In this document: piece by piece, positions 54,829 through 63,707 of the stretch
Numbering within the stretch: the stretch's first letter is position 1
How the letters are laid out: every line of letters begins with the position of its first letter
NCBI GenBank assembly: GCA_009861545.1
Contig: VXME01000110.1
Location: 22,284-86,283 of the forward strand
DNA from: Acidobacteriota bacterium
GTDB lineage: Bacteria > Acidobacteriota > Vicinamibacteria > Vicinamibacterales > UBA8438
Direction: 5' to 3'
DNA length: 64,000 bases
Translations under genes and position numbers: made by a program
Notes under the pieces: generated by a model
The model's database searches: none
Seen by the model: only the letters and a program-made list of their open reading frames with translations
Told to the model about the DNA's origin: nothing

Positions 54829-54937
54829 CGTCACCTCCGTGCTCCGCGGCGTCGCCGCAACGACGGACGGCTCACCCCGAACAGCCCGCCGTCCGATCGA
54901 CATCTTCATTTCCGTGCCTCGCACACCCCGCATGTCA

Positions 54938-56476
54938 TCAACGCGAGACCGCGCGGTCCGCATCGTCCTCTGACGCCGGCGTCGGCTCGGCGCCGAGCTC
55001 CCGCAGCAGCGCCGCCGCGTTGTCGCGCCGGATCACGCTGGCCACCTGGTTGAATCCCTGCTCGGCGAGATCCAGCGGGTTCCGTTCCAGCTCGTCCTGG
55101 AAATCCGTCCGGGCGCCGGCCTCGACCAGGCGCCGAATGATGCTGTTCGCGGCCCGGTAGACCGCGCCGTGCAGCGCCGTCTGGCCGTTGGCGTTGCTCG
55201 CATTGACGTCGACGCCGGCGGCCAGCGCCATCCTGACCGCTTCGAGCGCATTCCCCTCGGAGCGGAACGGCCGCGATCCTTCGACGTATCCCACCCCGGC
55301 GGCCAGCATCACGGCCGTGTTGTTGGCGTAGGTCGCCAGCCGCTCGTCCGCGCCGTGCGCGGCCAGCACGCGCATCGCCTCCACGTCGGCCGCCTGGGCG
55401 GCCAGCAGGTACGGCGTCGCCCCGCCCAGGTTGACCCGGTTGTCCATGAGGGGCCGGCCGGCGCTGAAGATGCCCTCGTCGGTCCACCGCTCGTGCACTA
55501 TCGGCACCGGCTCCGTCCGGGCATTGGGATCCGCGCCGCGCTCCAGGAGCATGCGCATCAGGTCCAGGCCGTCGAGCTGGGAATGATCCCGTCCCGTGCC
55601 GTCGACGAACTGGTTGGCCACGCGGCGCTGCGGCGCCCGGGCGCGCACCAGGTCGTGCAGGATGGCGTTACCGCGCCCGTCGCGCGCGTTCGGGTCGGCG
55701 CCCGCCTCGAGCAGCATCGCCGCCGCCGTGTAATGGCCGACGGTCACGGCCATGCTCAGCAGACTTCCCGTGGCGGGCTCACGGCCGGCGGCCAGCGCGG
55801 CGGGGTCGGGCTGGTGAACGTCAACCTCGGCGCCCGCCGCAATGAGAAGTCGCAGCGCGTCGCGGGCGTCCTGGCGCACCGCGAACATCAGCGCCGTGAA
55901 GCCGCCCGTCGAGGAAGCATCGACGGCAGCGCCGGCCTCGAGCAACAAGTTCATGACCGGGACGTGGTTCTCGGCGGCAGCCCACATCAGCGGGGTCTGG
56001 CCCCGCCAGGCATCCACCGCGTCGATGTCGGCCCCGCGGGCAAGCAGCGCCCTGACCGCGGCGACACGCCCGGTGCGCGCGCAAGTCAGGATCGGAGGCT
56101 CCCCGGTCGGCGCCAGATGCGGGTCCGCACCCGCGTCCAGCAGGCGCGCAACCACGGCGGTACCGGCGCTGGCGCAGGCAAGGGCGAGCGGGGTGGATCC
56201 ATTCCGGTTGACGGCGTCGGGATCCGCGCCGGCATCGAGCAGCAGCCCGGTCAGTTCGGCGTCGTCGTCGTAGGCGGCCCAGTGCAGCGCGGCGGTGCCG
56301 TCCACCTGCGTCGCGTCGACGTCTACGCCGTCCTCCTGCAGCAGGCGCGCGACCGCGGCGCGATCACCTGCACGCGCCAGCTCCGGCAGCCGGGAATCGG
56401 GCTCGTTGGCCTGGAGCCCGGCGCTCGCGAGCGACAGCAGCAGGAGCAGTGACGCGAGCCTTTCTGGCTTTCCCAT
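54938..56476 (-). CDS. exported ankyrin-repeat protein
   Basis: Start at ATG 56476 (MGKPERLASLLLLLSLASAGLQA). There are at least 8 ankyrin repeats (GTAALHWAAYDDDAELTGLLLDAGADPDAVNRNGSTPLALA, GQTPLMWAAAENHVPVMNLLLEAGAAVD, and so on). Confidence 0.85.
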   Translation of the reverse strand: MGKPERLASLLLLLSLASAGLQANEPDSRLPELARAGDRAAVARLLQEDGVDVDATQVDGTAALHWAAYDDDAELTGLLLDAGADPDAVNRNGSTPLALACASAGTAVVARLLDAGADPHLAPTGEPPILTCARTGRVAAVRALLARGADIDAVDAWRGQTPLMWAAAENHVPVMNLLLEAGAAVDASSTGGFTALMFAVRQDARDALRLLIAAGAEVDVHQPDPAALAAGREPATGSLLSMAVTVGHYTAAAMLLEAGADPNARDGRGNAILHDLVRARAPQRRVANQFVDGTGRDHSQLDGLDLMRMLLERGADPNARTEPVPIVHERWTDEGIFSAGRPLMDNRVNLGGATPYLLAAQAADVEAMRVLAAHGADERLATYANNTAVMLAAGVGYVEGSRPFRSEGNALEAVRMALAAGVDVNASNANGQTALHGAVYRAANSIIRRLVEAGARTDFQDELERNPLDLAEQGFNQVASVIRRDNAAALLRELGAEPTPASEDDADRAVSR

Positions 56477-56734
56477 GGTGCATTGCCCGTTACGCTCGTC
56501 TGCCGAAGGCCGACCACACATGCACGGGGCCAGCTTGGCGCCGCGCGCAACACACGGAATCCCGCATCGTATCCGACCGGCGCTCGCACAATCAACGGTT
56601 GGCTGCCGCTTCAAAGCGCCGCGATCCGGGCACGCAGATCGACCACCGCGGTGTCCGGCAGCATGGTTATGCCATGGTCGACCTGACAGGCCTCGCGTGT
56701 GGGGCACACGATGAACAGGTGATCGAGCGCCAGC

Positions 56735-56878
56735 GTGTCCACGCGACCCAGTGATGACATAAGGCATACAATCCGCTACGCGTATCTCGTCCCGTTCGTC
56801 GAATCGGAAGCGGAGGTGTTTCTCAAGACCATCATCCCGAGTCGAGCGGCCGCGAAGCGGTACCTGGGAGAGTCATGA
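56735..56878 (+). pseudogene. possible toxin relic (C-terminal fragment) overlapping the antitoxin start
   Basis: The frame reads ...DDIRHTIRYAYLVPFVESEAEVFLKTIIPSRAAAKRYLGES*, with its stop TGA 56876-56878 overlapping ATG 56875 (TCATGATG). An in-frame stop at 56720 limits it to about 47-51 codons. The tail loosely resembles BrnT/RelE-type toxin C-termini. Weak. Confidence 0.25.
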
Positions 56879-57150
56879 TGGCGCAACTGACCAGGGAGGA
56901 ACGGGAAATCGTCAAGGCCTTCGAGGCGGGTACGCTGCAGTCCCCGCCGGACCGGTCGGCGATCTTGAAGGCGCACCGCGAGTACGCTGCAGCGACGTTC
57001 CGCAAGGATCGGCGAGTGAACGTGAGGATTTCCAGCCGGGACCTGGATGCGCTCAGGAAAAGAGCCCTGTCGGAGGGCATCCCCTACCAGACTCTGATCT
57101 CCAGCGTGCTCCACAAGTATGTCGAGGGCACGCTGCGGCCGACCGGCTGA
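56875..57150 (+). CDS. CopG/RHH-type antitoxin (COG5304-like)
   Basis: LTREEREIVKAFEAG...KDRRVNVRISSRDLDALRKRALSEGIPYQTLISSVLHKYVEG has the GIPYQTLIS..LHKY signature of CopG-type TA antitoxins. Confidence 0.75.
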   Translation: MMAQLTREEREIVKAFEAGTLQSPPDRSAILKAHREYAAATFRKDRRVNVRISSRDLDALRKRALSEGIPYQTLISSVLHKYVEGTLRPTG

Positions 57151-57209
57151 ACGTGCGCTCGGCGTGCCGCACCAGCCCCCAAGCCGCGTCGTCCAGCAAC
57201 GGCGGCCCG

Positions 57210-58052
57210 TCAGTCCGCGCGCTCGAACTCGCTCCACTGCGTCGTCGTGTTCCGGCGGGTGGTCCGGAACAGGACCCGCACGTGGAAGTAGATCTCGAAT
57301 TCGGTGTCCAGCCAGACGTCTCCCGCGACGGGCCGGCGTTCGAGGCGCCCGGTGGCGTCGGAAATGGAGCCGATGATGCCCCACCAGAGGCGCACGCGGT
57401 CCATCAACTGGAAGCTGACCCGCGCGATCTCGTAGGTCTCGGTGTCGATCCAGACCTCGCCCCGCGACCGGTTCAGGGCGTGGTCGATCCGCCTGCGCAC
57501 CGGGAGCCTCCCCGGCCGGGGCTCGAACGTGATGACGTGGCTGGGGCGACCCCGCAGGTCCTGCACCCCGTCCAGCCTGGCCGTGTACCGGCCGATCAGC
57601 TCTTCGTCGAACCTGATCTCGTTCTCCTCCGCTTCCCGCTCGCGCGCCGCCCGCTTCTCCGGGTCGTCGATCTCGACCTGGAATTCCTCCCAGCGCCGCT
57701 CCTGCTCGCGCCGCCCGCGCGCGTCGATCGGTTCGCCGTCCCTGGCCATCAGCCGGGCGAACAGGGCGCCCTGGTAAGGCTCCACCTGGTAGCGCAGCGT
57801 CTCGTCGTCGGTGACCTCGCCGTCCCCGTCGAACCGCTGGACGCGCCGGGTCATCGCACGCCGGTAGCGGGTCTCGAAACCCTCCTCCTCGGCCCAGGCC
57901 GCGCGTTCGAGGCCCCGGTCGATGATCTCGCGCAGCGCCGGGTCCTCGGGGTCCGGCGGGACGGTCTGGTTGCCGGCGACGCCGAGGACCGCGAATCCGG
58001 CGACGAAGGCGACGGTCAGGAACCAGGAAGACGGCGAAGGTCTGTGCTGCAT
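57210..58052 (-). CDS. hypothetical exported protein (possibly LolA-like lipoprotein-sorting fold)
   Basis: 280 aa with an N-terminal anchor (WFLTVAFVAGFAVLGVAG), a charged Arg/Glu-rich middle and a beta-rich C-terminus. It lies 50 nt downstream of the ADOP permease. The family is not recognised with confidence. Confidence 0.5.
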   Translation of the reverse strand: MQHRPSPSSWFLTVAFVAGFAVLGVAGNQTVPPDPEDPALREIIDRGLERAAWAEEEGFETRYRRAMTRRVQRFDGDGEVTDDETLRYQVEPYQGALFARLMARDGEPIDARGRREQERRWEEFQVEIDDPEKRAAREREAEENEIRFDEELIGRYTARLDGVQDLRGRPSHVITFEPRPGRLPVRRRIDHALNRSRGEVWIDTETYEIARVSFQLMDRVRLWWGIIGSISDATGRLERRPVAGDVWLDTEFEIYFHVRVLFRTTRRNTTTQWSEFERAD

Positions 58053-58102
58053 GGGCGTGTGTGAGCGTACCCCGGGATCCTATCGCTCGGACCGGCCGGC
58101 GC

Positions 58103-60802
58103 TCAGTCGGTCCGCAGCGCCACGATGGGACTGACCCTACTGGCGCGGCGGGCCGGCAGCCAGGCTGCGAGAAGGGCCACGGCGCCGAGCACCAGCGGCA
58201 CGCCGACGAACGTCAGCGGGTCGAGCGCGTCGACCTCGAACAGCAGCCCGCCCAGCAGGCGGGTCGCGGCGACGGCGAGCGCCAGACCGAGCGCGCCGCC
58301 GAGGACCACCAGCTTGAGACCGCTGGTGACGAGCAGCCGGACGACGCGGCCACCGTCGGCGCCGAGCGCCTGCCGGATGCCGATCTCGCGCGTCCGCCAG
58401 GCGACGCCGTAGCTGACCACCCCGTAGAGGCCGACCGCGGCCAGCGCCAGCGCCAGCACCGCGAACGCCGACAGGATGAAGGCGGAGAGCTGCTGGGGCA
58501 GCCGCATCAGCGCCAGGTGGCGCTCCATCGTCTTCGTCTCGAGGACCCGCAGGTCGGGATCCAGCGCGCGGCCGGCGGCCAGCAGGGCGAGCGCGGCCCG
58601 CTCCGGGTCGAGGGACGTCCTCGCCACGACGGTCAGCGACGGCGTGAACCGTTGCGAGTACGGCAGATAGACCATGTTGCGGGGCGACTCGCCGAGCTGC
58701 CTCACCTTCGCGTCGCTCGCCACGCCGACGACCAGCCAGGGGGGAGCGTCGCCGCGCCGCCGGACGAGCCGGCCGACCGCGTCGCCGTCCGTCCAGAAGC
58801 GCCGGGCCATCGCGTCGCTGACGATGACCACGGGCCGGGTGTCCGGCCGGTCGGCGTCGTGGAAGTTGCGCCCGCGGACGATCTCGATGCCGGCCGCCGC
58901 GAAGAACCCCGGCTCGACCGCGACCCGGTCCGCGATGAAGGCGCCGTGGTCCGTCGGCGGCTCGAACCCGTCGACGTTGAAGTCGCTCGAGCTCTGGCTG
59001 AGCGGGTTCAGGTGCAGGTTGCTGATGGCGCCGACCGCCTCGACGCCGGGGAGCGCCCGGAAGCGATCGAGGAGGCGCCGCGTGTAGACGCGCGCCTCGT
59101 CGGGCGTGAACCGGGTAGCCGGCGTCTGGAAGGTCATCAGCGCCGTCGGCTCGCGGCCGAAGCCCGGGTCGACCGACTGCACCCGCTGAAAGCTGCGGAG
59201 GAACAACCCGGCGCCGACCAGCAGCACCAGCGAGATCGTCAGTTGCACGACGACCAGCGCGTTGCGCCACCGGAGCTGACCGGGCTGGCCGCCCCCGGCG
59301 TTCTCGCTTCTCAGGGCGCCGGCCACGTCCGGCCGGGTGCTCTGCAGCGCCGGCACCAGGCCGAGCAGCGCGCCGGCCGCGACCGAGACGCCGAACGTGA
59401 ACCCGAGGACGTTTCCGTCGAGACCGAGATCGAGCGTGACCGGCGTCGGCAGCGGGAGGTCCGCGGTCAACAGCAGGTCGAGCAACCAGACCGCCAGCCC
59501 GACGCCGGCGCCCCCGGCCAGCAGGCTCAGCAGCGTCGTCTCGGTCAGCAGCCGCCGCACCAGCGACCCGCGCGACGCGCCCAACGCCAGCCGCACCGCG
59601 ACCTCCTTGCGCCGGTCGAGGGCGCGCGCGAGCAGGAAGCTGGCGAGGTTGGTGCACGCCAGCAGCAGCACCAGCCCTACGACCACCATCAGCAGCCACG
59701 CCGCCGCCCGGATGAAGACGTCCATCGGCGGGAACAGCAGCACGTCGGTGAGCGGGAGGAGCGCGAACTGCCCGGCCGGATCCCAGTTCTCGATGCGGTC
59801 CCGGGTGAGCTGCGCGGCTATCGCCCCGACGGCCGCCTCGGCCCGGGGCAGGGTGACGCCCGGCCGCAGACGCGCCTTGACGAAGAGCGAAGTGTGGCCC
59901 CGCTCGTCGAACAGAGGGAATCCGTTCAGCTCCTCGGCCATCATGAACGGGACGTAGAACGTCGGCACAAGGCCGCGGACGGTGCCCGCGAACTCGGGCG
60001 GCCCCACCCCGATCACCGTGTACGCCCGGCCGCCGACGCGCATCTCGCGGCCGACGACGTCCGGGTCGCCGGCGAAGGCGCTCTGCCAGTAGCGATAGTC
60101 GAGCATCACGACCGGGTGCCCGCCGCGCGAGACGTCGTCGCTCGGCAGCAGGGTGCGTCCGACCGCCGCCTCGATGCCCAGCATCGGGAAGTAGCTGCCG
60201 GTCACCGCCTCCGCCGGCGCCAGACCGACGCCGCCGCCCTCGCCGCGGTCGATCGTCAGCGGCAGGAAATGCGAGGCCGCGATGTCGCTGAACACCGCGG
60301 CGGTGCCGTCGCGGACGTCCTCGAAATCGGGGTACGACAACGTGCCGAACTCGAACGATGCCTGGTGCAAGTAGAGGTTGACCACCTCTTCCGGCCGCTC
60401 GATCGAGGTATCCCGAAGGATCACCGCGTTGACGAGGCTGAAGATGGCCGTGTTGGCCCCGATGCCGAGGGCCAGCGAGAGAACGGCGACCGCCGTGAAC
60501 GCCGGGCGCCTGGCCAGGGACCGGAGGCCGTCGCGGATGTCGCGAGCCACCCCGAGCTGGAGTCCCGACCGCCAGGCCCAGCCGCCGCGGCCGTCACGCA
60601 CCGCGTCCTTGTGCGCGTCGACGCCGCCGAAGACGGCGCGCGCCCGCCGACGCGCTTCCCGCGGGTCGATTCCCGCCTCGCGCACCAGGCGCGCCGTTTC
60701 CATGTCGAGATGGAAGCGGAACTCCTCGTCCATCCGCTGCTCGACCTCTTCACGGAACAGCAGCAGGCGGATACGGGCGCGGGCGGCGTCCATCCACCGC
60801 AT
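58103..60802 (-). CDS. ADOP family duplicated FtsX/MacB-like permease
   Basis: Start at ATG 60802 (MRWMDAARARIRLLLFREEVEQRMDEEFRFHLDMETARLVREAG..., the hallmark ADOP N-terminus). Two MacB_PCD + FtsX modules are present. The track ORF extension to 61051 overlaps the PadR gene in another frame. Confidence 0.85.
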   Translation of the reverse strand: MRWMDAARARIRLLLFREEVEQRMDEEFRFHLDMETARLVREAGIDPREARRRARAVFGGVDAHKDAVRDGRGGWAWRSGLQLGVARDIRDGLRSLARRPAFTAVAVLSLALGIGANTAIFSLVNAVILRDTSIERPEEVVNLYLHQASFEFGTLSYPDFEDVRDGTAAVFSDIAASHFLPLTIDRGEGGGVGLAPAEAVTGSYFPMLGIEAAVGRTLLPSDDVSRGGHPVVMLDYRYWQSAFAGDPDVVGREMRVGGRAYTVIGVGPPEFAGTVRGLVPTFYVPFMMAEELNGFPLFDERGHTSLFVKARLRPGVTLPRAEAAVGAIAAQLTRDRIENWDPAGQFALLPLTDVLLFPPMDVFIRAAAWLLMVVVGLVLLLACTNLASFLLARALDRRKEVAVRLALGASRGSLVRRLLTETTLLSLLAGGAGVGLAVWLLDLLLTADLPLPTPVTLDLGLDGNVLGFTFGVSVAAGALLGLVPALQSTRPDVAGALRSENAGGGQPGQLRWRNALVVVQLTISLVLLVGAGLFLRSFQRVQSVDPGFGREPTALMTFQTPATRFTPDEARVYTRRLLDRFRALPGVEAVGAISNLHLNPLSQSSSDFNVDGFEPPTDHGAFIADRVAVEPGFFAAAGIEIVRGRNFHDADRPDTRPVVIVSDAMARRFWTDGDAVGRLVRRRGDAPPWLVVGVASDAKVRQLGESPRNMVYLPYSQRFTPSLTVVARTSLDPERAALALLAAGRALDPDLRVLETKTMERHLALMRLPQQLSAFILSAFAVLALALAAVGLYGVVSYGVAWRTREIGIRQALGADGGRVVRLLVTSGLKLVVLGGALGLALAVAATRLLGGLLFEVDALDPLTFVGVPLVLGAVALLAAWLPARRASRVSPIVALRTD

Positions 60803-61131
60803 CACGTGCTCCGCAACACCGCGCCGAGCCCTTCGGCGAAGCGCTCCCAACTGTCGATCTCGTCGCCGAGCGCGCGCCGGCCCGACGGCGTCAACCGGTA
60901 GTAGCGCGCCCGCCGGTTGTTGTCGGTCGTTCCCCAGTCGCTGCGAATCAGCCCCTGCTTCTCGAGGCGCTGGAGGGCCGGATACAGCGAGCCCTGGTTG
61001 ACCTCCAGCACCCCCGAGGACATCCGCCGGATCCGTTAGCCGATGCCCCAACCGTGCGTCGGCGCCAGCGAGAGTGTCTTCAGGATCACCAGATCGAGCG
61101 AGCCTCGAAGGTCTTCGAGTCTTCTAGCCAT
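60802..61131 (-). pseudogene. PadR family transcriptional regulator interrupted by an in-frame TAA (codon 32)
   Basis: Manual translation from ATG 61131 gives [87 protein letters not shown]... The TAA at 61038-61036 sits where PadR proteins usually have Gln. The stop TGA shares one nt with the ADOP ATG. Confidence 0.8.
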
Positions 61132-61165
61132 CTAGAGGAAGGATGGCTCATGGCTCCTCTAGATG
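61129..61165. promoter_or_regulatory. perfect 11-bp inverted repeat CATCTAGAGGA-N15-TCCTCTAGATG over the PadR start codon (candidate operator)
   Basis: The arms are at 61129-61139 and 61155-61165. The spacer contains the tandem ATGGCTC ATGGCTC. It lies in the divergent PadR / PQQ-dehydrogenase spacer. Confidence 0.5.
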
Positions 61166-61225
61166 TCAAGAGGACGTTGGGAGTCGCGCCGATGCCGGCA
61201 GCCACCGTCGTATCATGGCGGGGTC

Positions 61226-63310
61226 ATGAGAATCTCTGCGCCGCCAAACCCGTCGCCAAGGCGCCGCGTTCGGCCCCAGCCCCCACCACCCCAGGAATCT
61301 GCGCCGCAGAACTCACGCCGTTGCGTTCTACGGTGCAGACTCCTGGCCATCGTCGCCGTTCTGGTCCTCTCGACGGCGAGCCTCGCCGCGGCCGACGGCG
61401 AGGAGTCGTACCGCACCCGCTGCGCGCTCTGCCACGGCGGCAACGCCGCGGGCAGCGACCGCGCCGGGTCGATTCTCGCGACGCTGGATGCGAGCGGACC
61501 GGCGCAGTTGGCGCGCATCATCACCGAGGGGGTGCCGTCGCGGGGCATGCCCGGCATCGAGATGCCGGACGAGGAGCTGACGCCGCTCGTCGCCTACCTC
61601 AAGGAACTGGCCGCCGCGGCGCCGCCGGCGGCCCGTGATCCGCGGGCGCCGCAACCGCGCGCCGCCTCCATACCGCTCGCGGGGGGCGATGCGCTGGAAG
61701 GCACCATCCTCAACGAGAGCGGGTTCGACGCACAGTTGCGGACGGCCGGGGGCGACATCGTGCTGCTCCGCCGCGAGGGCGACGCCTACCGCGAGGCGGC
61801 CATCGAGCCGTACGTCGACTGGCCGTCCTACCACGGCAGCTATTCCGGGAACCGCCACAGTCCGCTGGACCAGATCAACCGGGACAACATCGGCGGGCTG
61901 TCGATGCAGTGGTTCTATCCCATTCCCGACATGCCGATGATCGAGGGGACACCGGTGGTGATTGCCGGCGTGATGTACGTCACCGCGGTGAACCAAATGT
62001 ACGCGCTCGACGCGGCGACGGGGCGCGAGATCTGGCGCTACGCGCAGCCACGCACGGAAGGTCTGGTCGGCGACCCGGGCATCGGCCTCAACCGCGGGGT
62101 CGCGGTGCGCGACGACCTCGTGTTCAGCGTCACCGACCACGCCCACGTCATCGCCCTCGACCGCTTCACCGGCGAGTTGGTCTGGGACATCGAGATGGAC
62201 GACTACCGCGAGCATTACGGCGCCGTCGTGGCGCCGCTGGTGGTGGGCGATCTGGTCATTGCCGGCATCAGCGCGGGAGACACCGGGCTGCGCGACTTCC
62301 TCGACGCCTATCACGCCGAGACGGGCGAGCGCGCATGGCGCTTCTGGACCATTCCCGCGCCCGGGGAACCGGGATCGGAGACCTGGGGCGACCCGGAGGT
62401 GTTGCGCCGCGGCTGCGGCGCCACCTGGCTGACGGGCAGCTACGACGCCGAGCTCGACCTGCTGTACTGGGCCACCGGCAACCCCTGCCCGGACATGAAC
62501 GGCGACCGGCGCCCGGGCGACAACCTGTACACGAACTCGGTGGTGGCGCTGCGGCCCCGCACCGGGGAGATGATCTGGTACTTCCAGTTCACGCCGCACG
62601 ACACCCACGACTGGGATGCGCAGGAGCCGCTGCTGCTGATCGACGAGCAGTTCCGGGGCCGGCCGCGCAAGCTGCTCATCCAGGGCAACCGCAACGGTTT
62701 CTTCTACGTGCTCGACCGCACCAACGGGCAGTTCCTCCTCGGCGAGCCGTTCGTCAACCAGACCTGGGCCGAAGGGCTCGACGATTCCGGGCGTCCCATC
62801 GTCCTGCCCGAGTCCTTCCCCACCGAGGCCGGCACCGTCACCTGCCCGGCCATCTACGGCGCGACCAACTGGTGGTCGTCGAGCTACCACCCCGGAACCG
62901 GGCTCTTCTACATGATGGCGCTCGAATCGTGCAACACGTACACGAAGACCGACGAGGAGTGGCAGCGCGGCCGAAACTGGATGGGCGGCACGACCTGGCT
63001 CCCGGACGGCGCCCCGAACCAGAAGTTCATCCGCGCGCTCGACATCCAGACCGGCCGGACGGTGTGGAGCTATGCGCAGTCCGGAGAGGCGCGCACCTTC
63101 TCCGGCGTCCTGTCGACGGACGGCGACGTGGTGTTCTTCGGGGAGAACAGCGGCGCGTTCGCCGCGCTGGATGCGCGGAGCGGCGAGCCGATCTGGCACC
63201 GGCAGATCAACCAGGAGTGGAGAGCGTCGCCGATGACCTACATGGTCGGGGGGCGGCAGTACGTCGCGATAGCGTCCCGGCTTGGGTTCTGGGCGTTTGG
63301 GTTGCCTTGA
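61226..63310 (+). CDS. PQQ-dependent dehydrogenase (methanol/ethanol family-like) with N-terminal cytochrome c domain
   Basis: CALCHGGNAAG...GMPG forms a c-type haem motif. It is followed by DWPSYHGSYSGNRHSPLDQINRDNIGGLSMQW, GTPVVIAGVMYV, LDAATGREIWRY and NLYTNSVVALRPRTGEMIWYFQFTPHDTHDWD, the 8-bladed PQQ propeller pattern. Start at ATG 61226 is tentative. Confidence 0.85.
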   Translation: MRISAPPNPSPRRRVRPQPPPPQESAPQNSRRCVLRCRLLAIVAVLVLSTASLAAADGEESYRTRCALCHGGNAAGSDRAGSILATLDASGPAQLARIITEGVPSRGMPGIEMPDEELTPLVAYLKELAAAAPPAARDPRAPQPRAASIPLAGGDALEGTILNESGFDAQLRTAGGDIVLLRREGDAYREAAIEPYVDWPSYHGSYSGNRHSPLDQINRDNIGGLSMQWFYPIPDMPMIEGTPVVIAGVMYVTAVNQMYALDAATGREIWRYAQPRTEGLVGDPGIGLNRGVAVRDDLVFSVTDHAHVIALDRFTGELVWDIEMDDYREHYGAVVAPLVVGDLVIAGISAGDTGLRDFLDAYHAETGERAWRFWTIPAPGEPGSETWGDPEVLRRGCGATWLTGSYDAELDLLYWATGNPCPDMNGDRRPGDNLYTNSVVALRPRTGEMIWYFQFTPHDTHDWDAQEPLLLIDEQFRGRPRKLLIQGNRNGFFYVLDRTNGQFLLGEPFVNQTWAEGLDDSGRPIVLPESFPTEAGTVTCPAIYGATNWWSSSYHPGTGLFYMMALESCNTYTKTDEEWQRGRNWMGGTTWLPDGAPNQKFIRALDIQTGRTVWSYAQSGEARTFSGVLSTDGDVVFFGENSGAFAALDARSGEPIWHRQINQEWRASPMTYMVGGRQYVAIASRLGFWAFGLP

Positions 63311-63368
63311 GGGCGACAGCGCCGACGTGTTTGAAGATCCTCCCCGCAGATCGAGCCTTCGCGCGGTC

Positions 63369-63397
63369 TTGACGCGGTCGGCGCTCGAATGTACGCT
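63369..63397 (+). promoter_or_regulatory. sigma70-like promoter candidate TTGACG-N17-TACGCT
   Basis: The -35 is at 63369-63374 and the -10 at 63392-63397. It would drive a ~300-nt untranslated RNA before the ORF at 63708. Pattern only. Confidence 0.25.
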
Positions 63398-63707
63398 GCT
63401 CGGTGAGGCGCAAGCACGTGTTGCCTTCCTTCCGAGGCCCGCGCTCCGGCGCAGGCCTTTGTGTTCCTGGAGGATGGAGTACGTCCCGGACTCTCATCGA
63501 AATAGGGATTCACTTCGACCTAACGTGGATGCTTGTCGAACCGGAAGTCGGACGCCCGATTCAGCGGACCCAGGTCAAGCGCCAATGGGCGAAGGTAACA
63601 GTGGGCAATTCCTCGTGGCACAAGAAACGACGAGACCTTGCGGTAGTGGGACTGGAAACATCCCCCCGCAGGTCTGAATCGCTCGGCGGACATTGAGCGC
63701 GTGGTCC

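Noticed and set aside
63590-63640. RNase P RNA-like stretch (GGTAACAGTGGGCAATTCCTCGTGGCAC resembles the E. coli GGTAACAGTCCGTGGCAC segment)
   Set aside because: The universally conserved P4 elements (GAAAGUCCGGGC... and ACAGAACCCGGCUUA) are absent in the same orientation. An AGTCCGGG match occurs only on the opposite strand. The similarity is probably chance.
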